Made by a program: the position numbers and the translations under genes. Shown one piece after another: positions 40,322-50,168 of a stretch of DNA of 64,000 nt. The first letter of the stretch is position 1. Each line of letters starts with the position of its first letter. The notes under the pieces were generated by a model that was given only the letters and a program-made list of their open reading frames with translations, was not told the DNA's origin and made no database searches. The DNA comes from Deltaproteobacteria bacterium (lineage in GTDB: Bacteria > Desulfobacterota > Desulfobacteria > Desulfobacterales > SG8-13), in the NCBI GenBank assembly GCA_041299015.1, contig JBFYWB010000084.1:17049-81048 (forward strand), given 5' to 3'.

Positions 40322-42154
40322 ATGGAAGACGATTCAAAAGGGGCCGCCGATCCTCAATCCGGCAACCGCTTTTCCATGTCGGAGGCGACGGCGGCGGGCA
40401 ATGACCTGCAGGCCGGACTGACGCCCCCGGTCGAGCTGCCGCAGCGCTATGTGGTCAAGGATATCGGGGACAAGAAAGTATTGACCTGCCTCGAGGCCCC
40501 CAACCTGACCGTTCTGATCCAGGCCGGCTTTACGGTGTCGGCCGCCACCGCGCGCAAGTCGCCGCCGGGGACCATTTACCTTGACGGCGTTGCCCAGGGC
40601 GAGCCGTTCCTGGATCACGAAAAAAAAATCTACAATCTCGACCATCACGAGGGGTGTGTCCGCGCATTTACCCTCGCAACCTGCGAACAGGCCCTGGTCA
40701 TGATCCTGAAAGGGCTGGATCTGCGCGACCGGGAATGGCAGGTCTACGCCAACGAACCCGACCTGGACACCTTGTTGGCCATATGGCTGATCTTCAATCA
40801 CCAGCGTATCAGTCGCAAGGAGCCGATGCATATGCGATTTCTATATGCATTGGTCCGTCTCGAAGGAGTCATCGACGCCCTAGGTCTGGAGTTGAAGGAA
40901 TTCAGCGCCCTGCCGTCGGAAGACCTCCGCAAAACCCAGCGGGTGATCGATTTCCTGCGTAAAGATGAGATCCAGTTTAAAAAGGAACACCTGTGGGAAG
41001 AAGTCGATTTCCTGGGGTATGCCGCATCAATATTGCACAAGATTGACCGCATCATATATAAATCGAGCGAGTTTACCGACTTCAGGGGTATCAAGGAACT
41101 GGCGCGGGTCGACCTCTCCGACGACCGGATCATGGTGGTGGTCGAATCGGACACCGGTATATATGAACTCGAACCCCACCTCAACAACCTCTACGGCACC
41201 CGGCTTGGACTGGTCGTTCTGCAGAAGAGCCCCGGCATATACACCCTGCGGCGAATGGATTTGTTCATGCCGGGCGACCTCGAACCGGTTTACGAACGGT
41301 TGAATTACGTCGACCCGGCCGTCAAGTGCCGCTCCGAAAACAATCGTTGGGGAGGGTCGGCCGACATCGGCGGTTCGCCGCGGGCAACCGGCACGCGCCT
41401 GGAACCCAAGGAAATCGCCCAAGCCTGCCGCGACGCGCTTCAAAAGCCAAGCATACGGCTGCAGGCCGCCGGTTTGTGGAAGGCCGCCCTATTGGCAGCG
41501 GCCATCCTGGCACCCGCGGAAATCCTGCGTCTTTTCTGGCATCCGGACGTCTGGTTCGCGAAAATCCCGCTCGGTTTGCTGCTCTACCCCGATTTCGGCG
41601 CCGCGCTCCTGGTAATCTTTCTGACCGGCGTGTTCCTGGCGATTCTGTCTTACCAAAAGTCTTGGCAGTACGGGTTGGCCCCGCCTCTGGGCGCATCCTG
41701 GTGGCTGCTGCTCCCCGCCGCGGTTCTTTGCGGTTTTCTGGGCGGTATATGGCAGCCCGACATCTCGAACTGGAAAGGGACTCTCTTCGAGAAAATACTG
41801 TTTATGGTTATCACCCTGCCGCTGGCCGCGGAACTGCTGTTTCGCAGCCTGGTGCATGGACGTTTGGCCCGCTCGACCCGCATCCAGCATTGCAGCAGCC
41901 GTTGGTTTCTTTCATGGGCGACGGTCGGCTCCGCCTTTCTTTATGCCGCTTACATCGGTTACCGGCTGCTGATCTCATCCGGTTCAGTGGCGGAAATGTT
42001 CACTGCCTGGACTACCGCAAATATCTTCAGTGCCTTCGCTTTCGGTATTACAGCCGGTTTGGTCAGGGAACGTTCACAGAGCGTTCTGCCCGCCTTCCTG
42101 TTTCATCTGATTACCGCGGCAGCGGTGGCGGCAGCCAACGGTGTCCTGCGATGA
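40322..42154 (+). CDS. Fusion of a DHH-like soluble domain and a CPBP (Abi/CAAX protease-like) membrane domain
   Basis: YNLDHHEGC and ANEPDLDT motifs at the N-terminus; multi-TM C-terminus with AELLFRS and G...ERSQSVLPAFLFH; start uncertain. Confidence 0.75.
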   Translation: MEDDSKGAADPQSGNRFSMSEATAAGNDLQAGLTPPVELPQRYVVKDIGDKKVLTCLEAPNLTVLIQAGFTVSAATARKSPPGTIYLDGVAQGEPFLDHEKKIYNLDHHEGCVRAFTLATCEQALVMILKGLDLRDREWQVYANEPDLDTLLAIWLIFNHQRISRKEPMHMRFLYALVRLEGVIDALGLELKEFSALPSEDLRKTQRVIDFLRKDEIQFKKEHLWEEVDFLGYAASILHKIDRIIYKSSEFTDFRGIKELARVDLSDDRIMVVVESDTGIYELEPHLNNLYGTRLGLVVLQKSPGIYTLRRMDLFMPGDLEPVYERLNYVDPAVKCRSENNRWGGSADIGGSPRATGTRLEPKEIAQACRDALQKPSIRLQAAGLWKAALLAAAILAPAEILRLFWHPDVWFAKIPLGLLLYPDFGAALLVIFLTGVFLAILSYQKSWQYGLAPPLGASWWLLLPAAVLCGFLGGIWQPDISNWKGTLFEKILFMVITLPLAAELLFRSLVHGRLARSTRIQHCSSRWFLSWATVGSAFLYAAYIGYRLLISSGSVAEMFTAWTTANIFSAFAFGITAGLVRERSQSVLPAFLFHLITAAAVAAANGVLR

Positions 42155-42212
42155 TGTGAAACGGGCTGCTCTATGGTGTGGCAAAACACACTCTGGCGCA
42201 GCCCGTTTCAGA

Positions 42213-43322
42213 TCAGTTGATCCGATGGCGGAACAACCAGGTTGCGACGCTCAGGTTGACAAAGCCGATAATCGCCATAGGCCAGTATTGGTCGATCAGT
42301 AAATGAAACGGGGTGTTTTCCAGAAACACGCCGCGGATCACCGCCATGAAATACCGCAGCGGATTAAGCAGGGTTATGTGTTGCACCACCGTCGGCATGT
42401 TGGCGATCGGAGTGGTGAATCCGGAGAGAATAATGGCCGGCACCATGAACAGAAAGGCACCCATCAGCCCTTGCTGCTGCGTGACCGCCAGGGAGGAAAT
42501 CATCAGGCCGATGCCGATGGCCGAGAGGATGAAGAGAAACAGGCCGGTGTAAAGCGTAATGATGTGACCGCGCAGCGGGACGTCGAACCAGAAAACGGTG
42601 ATCAGGATAATAACGGTCGCCTCGGCGGTCCCAATGATGAACCCCGGCAGGGCTTTGCCGATTAAAATTTCAACCGGCCGCAGCGGGGTCACCAGCAGCT
42701 GGTCGAAGGTGCCCTGTTCCCGCTCCCGGGCCACACTCAGGGCGGTCACCAGAAGGGTAACCACCAACGTCAGCAGACCGATGATACCGGGAACGATAAA
42801 CCAGCGGCTCTCCAGGTTGGCGTTGAACCAGGCTCGGATCTCCAGGTGGGCCGGGGGGGATGGGCCGCCATGCTGGCGGATCCACTCCAGGTTATAGCGG
42901 GTGAGAATGGCCCTTACGTAGTTAAGGGCTATCATGGCGGTGTTCGAGTTGCGGCCGTCGACGATGACCTGCAGCGTGGCGCGTCCGCCGGTCAACAGGT
43001 CACGGCTGAACTGCGGACCGATGTGGACCACCAGAAGGGCGCCCTTGCGGTCGATCAGCGGGGCGATATCGGCATCGCGACCGATCGACCCGACCTCCTG
43101 AAAGTAGGGCGAACCCTTGAAGCGGCCCAGCAGGTCGCGGGCCGCGGCACCCCGGTCCTCGTCATAGACGGCGTAAGGAACGTTGGTCAAATCGTAGGTA
43201 GCCGCATAACCGAACACCAGAAGCTGTACGATCGGCGGGATGACGATGGTGAAGCGGCTCTTTTTATCCTTCATCAGGGCCAGGAATTCTTTGCGCACCA
43301 AGGCAACGATTCGTAGGAACAC
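42213..43322 (-). CDS. ABC-2 exporter permease (YbhR-like)
   Basis: LVRKEF, VAREREQGTFDQLLVTP, ILGKALP-like motif; GTG 43322 with GAGG RBS. Confidence 0.88.
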   Translation of the reverse strand: MFLRIVALVRKEFLALMKDKKSRFTIVIPPIVQLLVFGYAATYDLTNVPYAVYDEDRGAAARDLLGRFKGSPYFQEVGSIGRDADIAPLIDRKGALLVVHIGPQFSRDLLTGGRATLQVIVDGRNSNTAMIALNYVRAILTRYNLEWIRQHGGPSPPAHLEIRAWFNANLESRWFIVPGIIGLLTLVVTLLVTALSVAREREQGTFDQLLVTPLRPVEILIGKALPGFIIGTAEATVIILITVFWFDVPLRGHIITLYTGLFLFILSAIGIGLMISSLAVTQQQGLMGAFLFMVPAIILSGFTTPIANMPTVVQHITLLNPLRYFMAVIRGVFLENTPFHLLIDQYWPMAIIGFVNLSVATWLFRHRIN

Positions 43323-43330
43323 GGCACCTC

Positions 43331-44506
43331 TTAATCGAGTCGCTTGCGCGATTTTTTGCGGCTGAGACCGAGAAAAAGCGCGGCAAATACCATCAAAGCC
43401 AACGCGTTGGGCAGAATCACGGACCAGACATTGCCGGCCAGAAACACGGTCTGCAGGATGGAGACAAAATAGCGGGCGGCGATAAGGTGCGTCACGCCCT
43501 GGACCACCGGCGGCATGCTGGCGATGTCGAAGATGAAACCGGAGAGCAGAAAAGCCGGGAGAAAGGTGACGATGATGGCGGCCTGCCCGGCCACGAACTG
43601 GTTTTTGGCCGCAGTTGAAATGAGCAGTCCCATTCCCAGGGCCACCAGCAGGAACAGGGCCGAAGTTGCCGTCAGGACCCAAAGGGACCCGATCAGCGGG
43701 ACCTCGAAAACCCAGACCGCCATGGCGACCGAAAGACCCATACCCCCCATGCCCATGATGAAGTACGGCACCAACTTGCCCAGTAGAATCTCGTGCACCG
43801 CCACAGGGGTCACCATGAGCGCCTCCATGGTGCCGCGTTCCCACTCGCGAGCCACCACCAGCGCGGTCAGTAGGGCCCCGATGAGAGTCATGATGACGGC
43901 GACCAGGCCGGGGACGAGAAAATTACGGCTGCGTACGGCGCTGTTGAACCATACCCGCTGCTCCACCTGGATCGGCAGGTTCAGCGGGTTTCCAAGACTC
44001 AAGGAGCGCTGCTCCATCCAGTTGAGCCAGGCGCCCTCTACATACCCGGACACCAGCCGGGCGGTGTTGGCATCGACCCCGTTCAAAATGACCTGCACCG
44101 CCGCACCGCCCGGCTGCCGCAAATCCCTTGCAAAATTGGCCCGCAAACAAATGATGCCGTCCACGCGATGATCCATCAGCGCCTCTTCGGCCATCCGCAT
44201 GTCTTGCATGAGCAGCGGGGCAAAATAGGCGTTGTTCCTGAAAACCGCAAGGAAGCCGGCCGTATCGGCATCGGCCTGTTCGACGACCACGGCGATGGGC
44301 ACGTGTTTGGCGTCAAGGGAAACGCCGTAGCCGAAAAGCAGCAGCAGGACCACCGGCATCAGGAAGGCAATTCCGATACTGCTCGGATCGCGCACCACCT
44401 GCAAAAATTCCTTGCGCACCAGACCGCGCAACCGCATCAGTCCGCCACCGCGGGTTTTTTCCGGTGGCGCGGACCTCCCGTGGCCGTCTGCTTCCCCGTC
44501 GCTCAT
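43331..44506 (-). CDS. ABC-2 exporter permease (YbhS-like)
   Basis: LVRKEFLQVVRD, AREWERGTMEALMVTP. Confidence 0.88.
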   Translation of the reverse strand: MSDGEADGHGRSAPPEKTRGGGLMRLRGLVRKEFLQVVRDPSSIGIAFLMPVVLLLLFGYGVSLDAKHVPIAVVVEQADADTAGFLAVFRNNAYFAPLLMQDMRMAEEALMDHRVDGIICLRANFARDLRQPGGAAVQVILNGVDANTARLVSGYVEGAWLNWMEQRSLSLGNPLNLPIQVEQRVWFNSAVRSRNFLVPGLVAVIMTLIGALLTALVVAREWERGTMEALMVTPVAVHEILLGKLVPYFIMGMGGMGLSVAMAVWVFEVPLIGSLWVLTATSALFLLVALGMGLLISTAAKNQFVAGQAAIIVTFLPAFLLSGFIFDIASMPPVVQGVTHLIAARYFVSILQTVFLAGNVWSVILPNALALMVFAALFLGLSRKKSRKRLD

Positions 44507-46317
44507 GTCGGTATTTCCATGTGGTCCTGCCGTTCGATCAGCGCGATAAATGCTTCCTCCATGGTCTGTACCGGTTTCGCGCGATCACCGCCGGCCTTTT
44601 GTTTGATGTCGAGCGGACTGCCGATGGCCAGAATTTCGCCGGCCGCCATGATCGCCAACCGATCGCAGTATTCGGCTTCCTCCATGAAATGCGTGGTCAC
44701 CAGCACGGTGACGCCGGCGGCGGCCAGTGAATTGATGTGACGCCAAAACTCCCGGCGCGCCATCGGATCGACCCCGGAGGTGGGCTCGTCTAGAAACAGG
44801 ATGTCCGGCGCATGCATTAGGGCCGCAGCCAACGCCAACCGTTGTTTGAAGCCGAGCGGCAGCTCCCCGCTGACGGCGTCGGCCAGTTCGGAGAGCTCAA
44901 AACGGTTCAGGACCCAGTCGATCCGGTCGCGACGCCGCCGACCGCGTAACCCGTAGGCGCTGCTGAAAAACTGCAGATTCTGACGTACGCTCAGATTGCC
45001 GTAAAGTGAAAATTTCTGCGACATGTAACCGATGCGAGCCCGGGCCTTGGCGGTCGCCCGCCGCAGATCGCGCCCGGCCACGCTCAGCTGTCCGTCGCTG
45101 ACCGGCAGCAGTCCGCAGAGCATCCGGAAGGTCGTGGTCTTCCCGGCACCGTTGGCGCCCAGCAATCCGAACACCTCGCCCTGAAACACCTCAAAGGAGA
45201 CGTTCTTGACGGCGTAGAAGTCGCCGAACCGGCGCCGGACATGGTCCACCCTGATGACGGCGGCGTCAGCCGCCGGCGACGACACCCCGATATCCATTTC
45301 CGCAGGGGATTTCCGGCCGAGGGCTTCGTCGCTGCGGGCGGCAGTGAGCATGGCGACGTAGCCGTCTTCAAATCGGGGCGCTACGGCTGCAATGTCGACA
45401 TCCGGTACACGGGGCAGCAGGACCGACGGGTCCGGCGCGGTGGTGCCGGCCATCACCATGCGGACCACCTCGCCCTGAATGACGGTGTCCACTACCCCTT
45501 CAGCGTCTGCCAGGCGCTGCTGCAGTTCGCGTTTTTTAAGACCGGCGGCGCTCACGGCGTAGGCCCGCCCCGCCTGCTTCGCTCTGAAAGCACCCGGTGG
45601 TCCCTGGCCGAGAACCCGGCCGTCATGAAGAATTACGACCTCGTCGCAGCGCTCGGCTTCGTCCAGATAAGCGGTGCTTAGGAGCACGCTCATTCCTTCG
45701 GTTGCCACCAGCCGGCCGACGATGGCCCAGAGTTCCCGCCGCGACACCGGATCGACGCCGACCGTGGGTTCGTCCAGCAGCAGCAGGCGCGGCGGTCGCA
45801 CCAGCGAACAGGCCAGGCCGAGCTTCTGCTTCATACCGCCGGAAAGCTGTCCGGCCAAGCGCTTGGTGAACGCACCGAGATTGGTCATCCGGTTAAGTTC
45901 AGCATAGCGCCCAGCCCGGTCGGTCTTGAGCACACCCTGCAAATCCGCGTAAAGATCGAGATTCTCCTGAACACTGAGGTCTTCGTAAAGCCCGAAGCGC
46001 TGCGGCATGTAACCGATGCTGGCCTGTACCGTCAAGGGGTTGGAGACGGCATCGATATCGAGCACGGTGATCGCGCCGGTGGCCGGTTTCAACAAACCGG
46101 CCGACAGGCGCATCAGGGTGGTCTTGCCGGCGCCATCCGGTCCGATTAAGCCGGTGATGCGACCGCGGCCGATGCGCAGGCTGACGGTGTCAAGCGCCGG
46201 GATACGACGCTTGCCCTGGAAGAAAAACTTGGATACCCCTTTGAACTCCAGGGCCGGTCGCTCGCTATCGACGCCTTGGATCGGCGCCCCGGATCCTTGA
46301 TTGACGGCCGCGGGCAT
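44503..46317 (-). CDS. ABC exporter with tandem ATPase domains (YbhF-like)
   Basis: Two Walker A motifs (GPDGAGKTT, GANGAGKTT), LSGGMKQK and LPLGFKQR signatures; TGATG overlap with the upstream gene. Confidence 0.9.
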   Translation of the reverse strand: MPAAVNQGSGAPIQGVDSERPALEFKGVSKFFFQGKRRIPALDTVSLRIGRGRITGLIGPDGAGKTTLMRLSAGLLKPATGAITVLDIDAVSNPLTVQASIGYMPQRFGLYEDLSVQENLDLYADLQGVLKTDRAGRYAELNRMTNLGAFTKRLAGQLSGGMKQKLGLACSLVRPPRLLLLDEPTVGVDPVSRRELWAIVGRLVATEGMSVLLSTAYLDEAERCDEVVILHDGRVLGQGPPGAFRAKQAGRAYAVSAAGLKKRELQQRLADAEGVVDTVIQGEVVRMVMAGTTAPDPSVLLPRVPDVDIAAVAPRFEDGYVAMLTAARSDEALGRKSPAEMDIGVSSPAADAAVIRVDHVRRRFGDFYAVKNVSFEVFQGEVFGLLGANGAGKTTTFRMLCGLLPVSDGQLSVAGRDLRRATAKARARIGYMSQKFSLYGNLSVRQNLQFFSSAYGLRGRRRRDRIDWVLNRFELSELADAVSGELPLGFKQRLALAAALMHAPDILFLDEPTSGVDPMARREFWRHINSLAAAGVTVLVTTHFMEEAEYCDRLAIMAAGEILAIGSPLDIKQKAGGDRAKPVQTMEEAFIALIERQDHMEIPT

Positions 46318-47363
46318 CAGTTCTCCTCGCAGGAGCGAATGCTTTCGGCGCCGGCCGGCCGGCGGGACTGTTTCAAAGGAACGATCACCGTGGCGGGCAT
46401 GCCGAGGCGCAGCTCGTTTTGGGGATTGCACACGTAAACGCGGATCTGATAGACGAGCTGCGTCCTCAACTCCGGTGTTTCCACGGTTTTGGGGGTGAAT
46501 TCGGCCATGGGTGACATATAGCCGATCCATGCCGGATAGGCTTTGTCCGGAAAACTGTCGGTGACCACCCGGGCGGCCATACCCGGAAACAGTTGGCCCA
46601 GATGGGTTCCCGGAACGAAGGCGCGGACCCAGACCGGGTCGACCAGAGCCAAGGTGAAAACGGACTTTTGCGGGGAAGCCATATCGCCGGGTTCCAATAT
46701 GCGGTTCTGGATGATGCCGTCGGACGGCGCGTACAAGGCGGCATCGGCCAGCTTCCGGTCGGCCAGCGCCAGTTCGGCCTCGAGGGCCTTGAGCTTCGAA
46801 CGGGCCGCGGCGATGTCTTCCCTCCGGGGGCCGGCGAGGGCCAGGTTCAACATCTGTACGGCCGCCTTCAGCTGGGCCTGCGCGGTATCGGCCTTGGCCC
46901 TGGCCTGATCGATCTGCTCCGGGGCGATCAGGTTTTTCTCTGCCAGGGGTCGCAGGCGCCGGTAGGTGCGCTCGATATCGTCGGCCTGGGCTCTGGCGGA
47001 CTCGACTTCGGCTTTTGCCCGACCGATTTCCTCGGCTCGGGTCCCGGCCTCCAGCTTGGCCACCTCGTCGCGCTGGGCCGCCACCTGTGACCGGGCCCGC
47101 TCCACATCGTGCTGGAGCCGAACGGTCTCCAAAACGGCCAGCAGCTGACCCTTTTTCACCGCTTCGCCCTCCCTTACCATGATCTCGGCAATGCGGTCGC
47201 TGGCGTTAAAGGCCAGTTCCACCTGGCGGATGTCCACGTTGCCGTAGAGCACCAGTTCGTTTTCGGATTCTATTTGATCTCGTATAAGCGTAACCCATAC
47301 CCCTGCTCCCGCCGCTGCGAGGACCAAGAGAACGATCGCCAGTCGGATTACTTTCTTCTTCAT
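46317..47363 (-). CDS. HlyD-family periplasmic adaptor (YbhG-like)
   Basis: YGNVDIRQV, EGEAVKKGQLL, AEFTPKTVET, LRLGMP. Confidence 0.9.
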   Translation of the reverse strand: MKKKVIRLAIVLLVLAAAGAGVWVTLIRDQIESENELVLYGNVDIRQVELAFNASDRIAEIMVREGEAVKKGQLLAVLETVRLQHDVERARSQVAAQRDEVAKLEAGTRAEEIGRAKAEVESARAQADDIERTYRRLRPLAEKNLIAPEQIDQARAKADTAQAQLKAAVQMLNLALAGPRREDIAAARSKLKALEAELALADRKLADAALYAPSDGIIQNRILEPGDMASPQKSVFTLALVDPVWVRAFVPGTHLGQLFPGMAARVVTDSFPDKAYPAWIGYMSPMAEFTPKTVETPELRTQLVYQIRVYVCNPQNELRLGMPATVIVPLKQSRRPAGAESIRSCEEN

Positions 47364-47777
47364 CGAGACCCCTGTCTGCTTGTGGAAAAAGGATTGCGCC
47401 GTGAAGGCGCCTAAGGTCGGCCCCGGCCGAAGCCCTTCCTGTCACAGCATATAAAATAGGGCACGAATTCGGCCTCGATTTTGACGACGGTTACCATAAA
47501 ACAAATTCTGAGCAGTTGACAAACAAAAAACATCACCAATTTCAATGAGTTTTAGTGGAAATCCGTGCCGTGGCGATCACACCGAATGGGCTCTACGTCC
47601 GAGTGGAAAGGGAATGGAGCGGGCAACTCGCAAAAGAGGGTATGCACGGGGCATGCAGACCTTGGGCGGCGGCCCCTTTTTTACTTGCAGTGATAGCGGC
47701 AACTGATGGCAGCAATGACCTGGATGCTTTCTGAATCAGCGCCTATTCTGGGACCGGACCGCGAGGCAGGGGGCGCC

Positions 47778-48236
47778 TCAGTTTCCGAATTTTCGGCGGA
47801 TGGCCTCTTTTTCAGACGGCGACAGGTTGTTCCAATTGTCCAAGGCGCGTTGGAGCTGTCCACGCTCGTCCGGCGATAGTTGCTGCAACCTGTCGTTGAG
47901 ATGCTGAAGATGGCGGCGATCCTGGGGCGGCATTCGGTTCAACTGGTCCATCCGACGCCGCAGGGTTTCTTTTTCCTGCGGCGTCAATGACTGCCACTCC
48001 CGGTAATTTTTTTGGAACCCGCTGTTTTTATTGCCGACCATCAGATGCGGCAACCGGTCAATTTTTCCGCTCGGCACCTTGGGCCCATGGCTGTGGAGAT
48101 CCACTCCTCGACCCTCTGGTGGCGTGCACCAGGCGACAGAGGCAACTGCGAAAACAAGGCCGGCGATGGCCAAGAGGAGGCCGCCACAGCGGCTGTAGGC
48201 TTTTGCGCGTCTATGCCTTGCGCTCGGTGTGGCCAT
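47778..48236 (-). CDS. DUF3106-like periplasmic helical protein
   Basis: Hydrophobic leader; repeated W..LTPQEK / LSPDER / W..LSPSEK units; downstream of the anti-sigma gene. Confidence 0.75.
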   Translation of the reverse strand: MATPSARHRRAKAYSRCGGLLLAIAGLVFAVASVAWCTPPEGRGVDLHSHGPKVPSGKIDRLPHLMVGNKNSGFQKNYREWQSLTPQEKETLRRRMDQLNRMPPQDRRHLQHLNDRLQQLSPDERGQLQRALDNWNNLSPSEKEAIRRKFGN

Positions 48237-48783
48237 ACCGGATTTCCCCCTGCGTCCCCTGGATATTCGTGTCGGAAGGATTCTGGCCGGCGGCATCGTT
48301 GACCACTTGACCAAGTTTTTCCAGGGTGTTGAAGTTCTTCAGCAGGTCCAGGTTTTTAATGATCTCTTCGTCATCTTCCGGCAATTTCTGCGAAATGTCA
48401 ATTCTCTGGGCCACCGGAGGATCGGTGTTCCCATAGCGCTGGTAACCAACAAAAGTCGCCGCGAGGACAAGGCCGGCGGTCGCAAGCGCCGGAATCCACA
48501 GCGACCGCTTTTCTTTGAAGAACTCCTGCCAGTGCTCCGGAAGGTGAAACGCCGACAGGCGGTTTTGCACCTTGCGGACCGTTGCGGCGGAATCTGGCAC
48601 CGACAGCGGCGCGGTTACCATCGCTGCCCTGACCCGGCCAAGCATGGCCGTCAGCTTTTCCTTTTCCCGACGGCAGGTTGCACAGGTTTTCAGGTGCTCT
48701 TCCCAGGCCGCGCGGGCCCCGGCGTCCAGTTCACCGTAAACGTCAAGCATCAACTGTTCATTTCGATTTGTACAGTCCGACAT
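48211..48783 (-). CDS. Zinc-binding anti-sigma factor (ZAS) with TM helix
   Basis: YGELD...EEHLKTCATC (HxxxCxxC) followed by one TM segment. Confidence 0.85.
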   Translation of the reverse strand: MSDCTNRNEQLMLDVYGELDAGARAAWEEHLKTCATCRREKEKLTAMLGRVRAAMVTAPLSVPDSAATVRKVQNRLSAFHLPEHWQEFFKEKRSLWIPALATAGLVLAATFVGYQRYGNTDPPVAQRIDISQKLPEDDEEIIKNLDLLKNFNTLEKLGQVVNDAAGQNPSDTNIQGTQGEIRYGHTERKA

Positions 48784-48798
48784 GCTGCCCCTCCCCAA

Positions 48799-49479
48799 TC
48801 AACGCCCGGACCAGTCGGCCAGGGCGCCTCTCATAATCCGGGTCGCCCGAAAGAGGTGGCTCTTCACGGTCCCCTCGGCCAGTCCCATCGTTTGGGCAAT
48901 TTCAGAAATCTGCATTTCCTCGAAAACCTTCAGGTTGAAGATCATCCGCTGCCTGTCGGATAGGAGCGCCATGGCACCGCGAACGTCCCGCTGCAACTCA
49001 CGTGCGTCGACGGCTGCGCCCGGGTTGGCGATAGGTTCCGGGCTGGCAATTTTTTCGAGGGTTTCGGACGGTTCGCGGGTGTCATTCGCATTCCGTTGTC
49101 GAAAGAAAAACAATCGCCGCCAGCGCTTGCGGCGTCTGAGGGAATCCAGGCAGGTGTTGATCAGGATCCGATAAAACCATGTGTAGAAGGAGGACCTGCC
49201 TGCAAACTTGTCGATGTTGCGCAAGGCGGCCACAAAAGCTTCCTGGGTAAGGTCCAGGGCTTCTTCGCGATCGCCGGAGAGCATTCGATACGCCACTCCA
49301 AAGGCTCTGTCCTGATAGCGGCGGATCAGCTCTTCGGAAGCCTGCCGATCCCCGTTTTTCAATCGTTCGACCAGCTGTGGGTCGGGCACCGCCGCGGGCT
49401 TCGGCTGGTGTGCTTCCGGTGCGCCTCCTGCCGCCGGCCTGTGTCGGTCAACCGATTCGGCTCCTTTTCTCGATACCAT
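48799..49479 (-). CDS. ECF sigma-70 factor
   Basis: DLTQEAF, FAGRSSFYTWFYRI, GTVKSHLFRA; ATG 49479 with GAGG RBS. Confidence 0.92.
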   Translation of the reverse strand: MVSRKGAESVDRHRPAAGGAPEAHQPKPAAVPDPQLVERLKNGDRQASEELIRRYQDRAFGVAYRMLSGDREEALDLTQEAFVAALRNIDKFAGRSSFYTWFYRILINTCLDSLRRRKRWRRLFFFRQRNANDTREPSETLEKIASPEPIANPGAAVDARELQRDVRGAMALLSDRQRMIFNLKVFEEMQISEIAQTMGLAEGTVKSHLFRATRIMRGALADWSGR

Positions 49480-49575
49480 ACCTTCCTCTGCGCGGCGCCC
49501 CATCCGGTTGCCGGTAACGGGGAGAAAGCCGAACATGCGCGCCTTCTCCCCGTCGCATCGGTGTCACGGGATCAT

Positions 49576-50043
49576 TTAACGCCCATGGGCGGAGAACCCG
49601 AAAGTCCATCCCGGAAAAGCCCACGCGCTGTAGAAAGCGGCGCCGCCATGTGGTCGGTTATACCGGTGCCCATGACCGTGCGCCGGTCCGACGTAACAAG
49701 GGTGGTTGCAAGGATGCGGCCGGCGCTGATTGTAGCCGTTGTGACGGTGACGGTAAATGGACCGGTTAGCCGTGGCCTGCATGTGGTCGATACGACGGCT
49801 CTCGCCGCGGCTGAAATTGCCGTCTCTTAGGGCATGGTTCCTGTATCTTTCGATTTCTCGCTGCCGGCTTGCCAGGTGAACAAGTTCCCGCTTCGTTATA
49901 TCACCCTTGCGGACACCTTGGTGGATTTTCGCCTTCTGATTTTTCTGCCGATGATCAAACCGATCGCCGGCAAGGGACGCACCCGCGAAGAGAAAAACCA
50001 GAGAAATTCCCATGATGGATATTTTAACCGGATGTGATGTCAT
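49576..50043 (-). CDS. Secreted basic, His-rich hypothetical protein (GVRKGDIT.RE-type repeat family)
   Basis: GGAGG RBS; signal peptide ending ASLA; two related R..IHQG/RE...I helical units. Confidence 0.75.
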   Translation of the reverse strand: MTSHPVKISIMGISLVFLFAGASLAGDRFDHRQKNQKAKIHQGVRKGDITKRELVHLASRQREIERYRNHALRDGNFSRGESRRIDHMQATANRSIYRHRHNGYNQRRPHPCNHPCYVGPAHGHGHRYNRPHGGAAFYSAWAFPGWTFGFSAHGR

Positions 50044-50076
50044 GACTTTCCCTCCTTTCCGTCAGGTTTTGTCTCG

Positions 50077-50106
50077 TTAGACGCCACCCGCCCCGGAAAG
50101 GTTTAC
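50077..50106 (-). promoter_or_regulatory. ECF-sigma-type promoter
   Basis: On the minus strand GTAAACC-N16-CGTCTAA, 33 bp upstream of the first gene of the ECF operon. Confidence 0.65.
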
Positions 50107-50168
50107 CCGGCTAGCGCCGGACTCGGGAAAACAATGGGGTCATGCCAGGAATAGTGTTTTACGTGCGG

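Noticed and set aside
47618-47650. GGGCAACTCGCAAAAGAGGG resembling the GEMM P2 hairpin
   Set aside because: Lacks GGACGCAAA and P3 elements; no gene downstream on that strand
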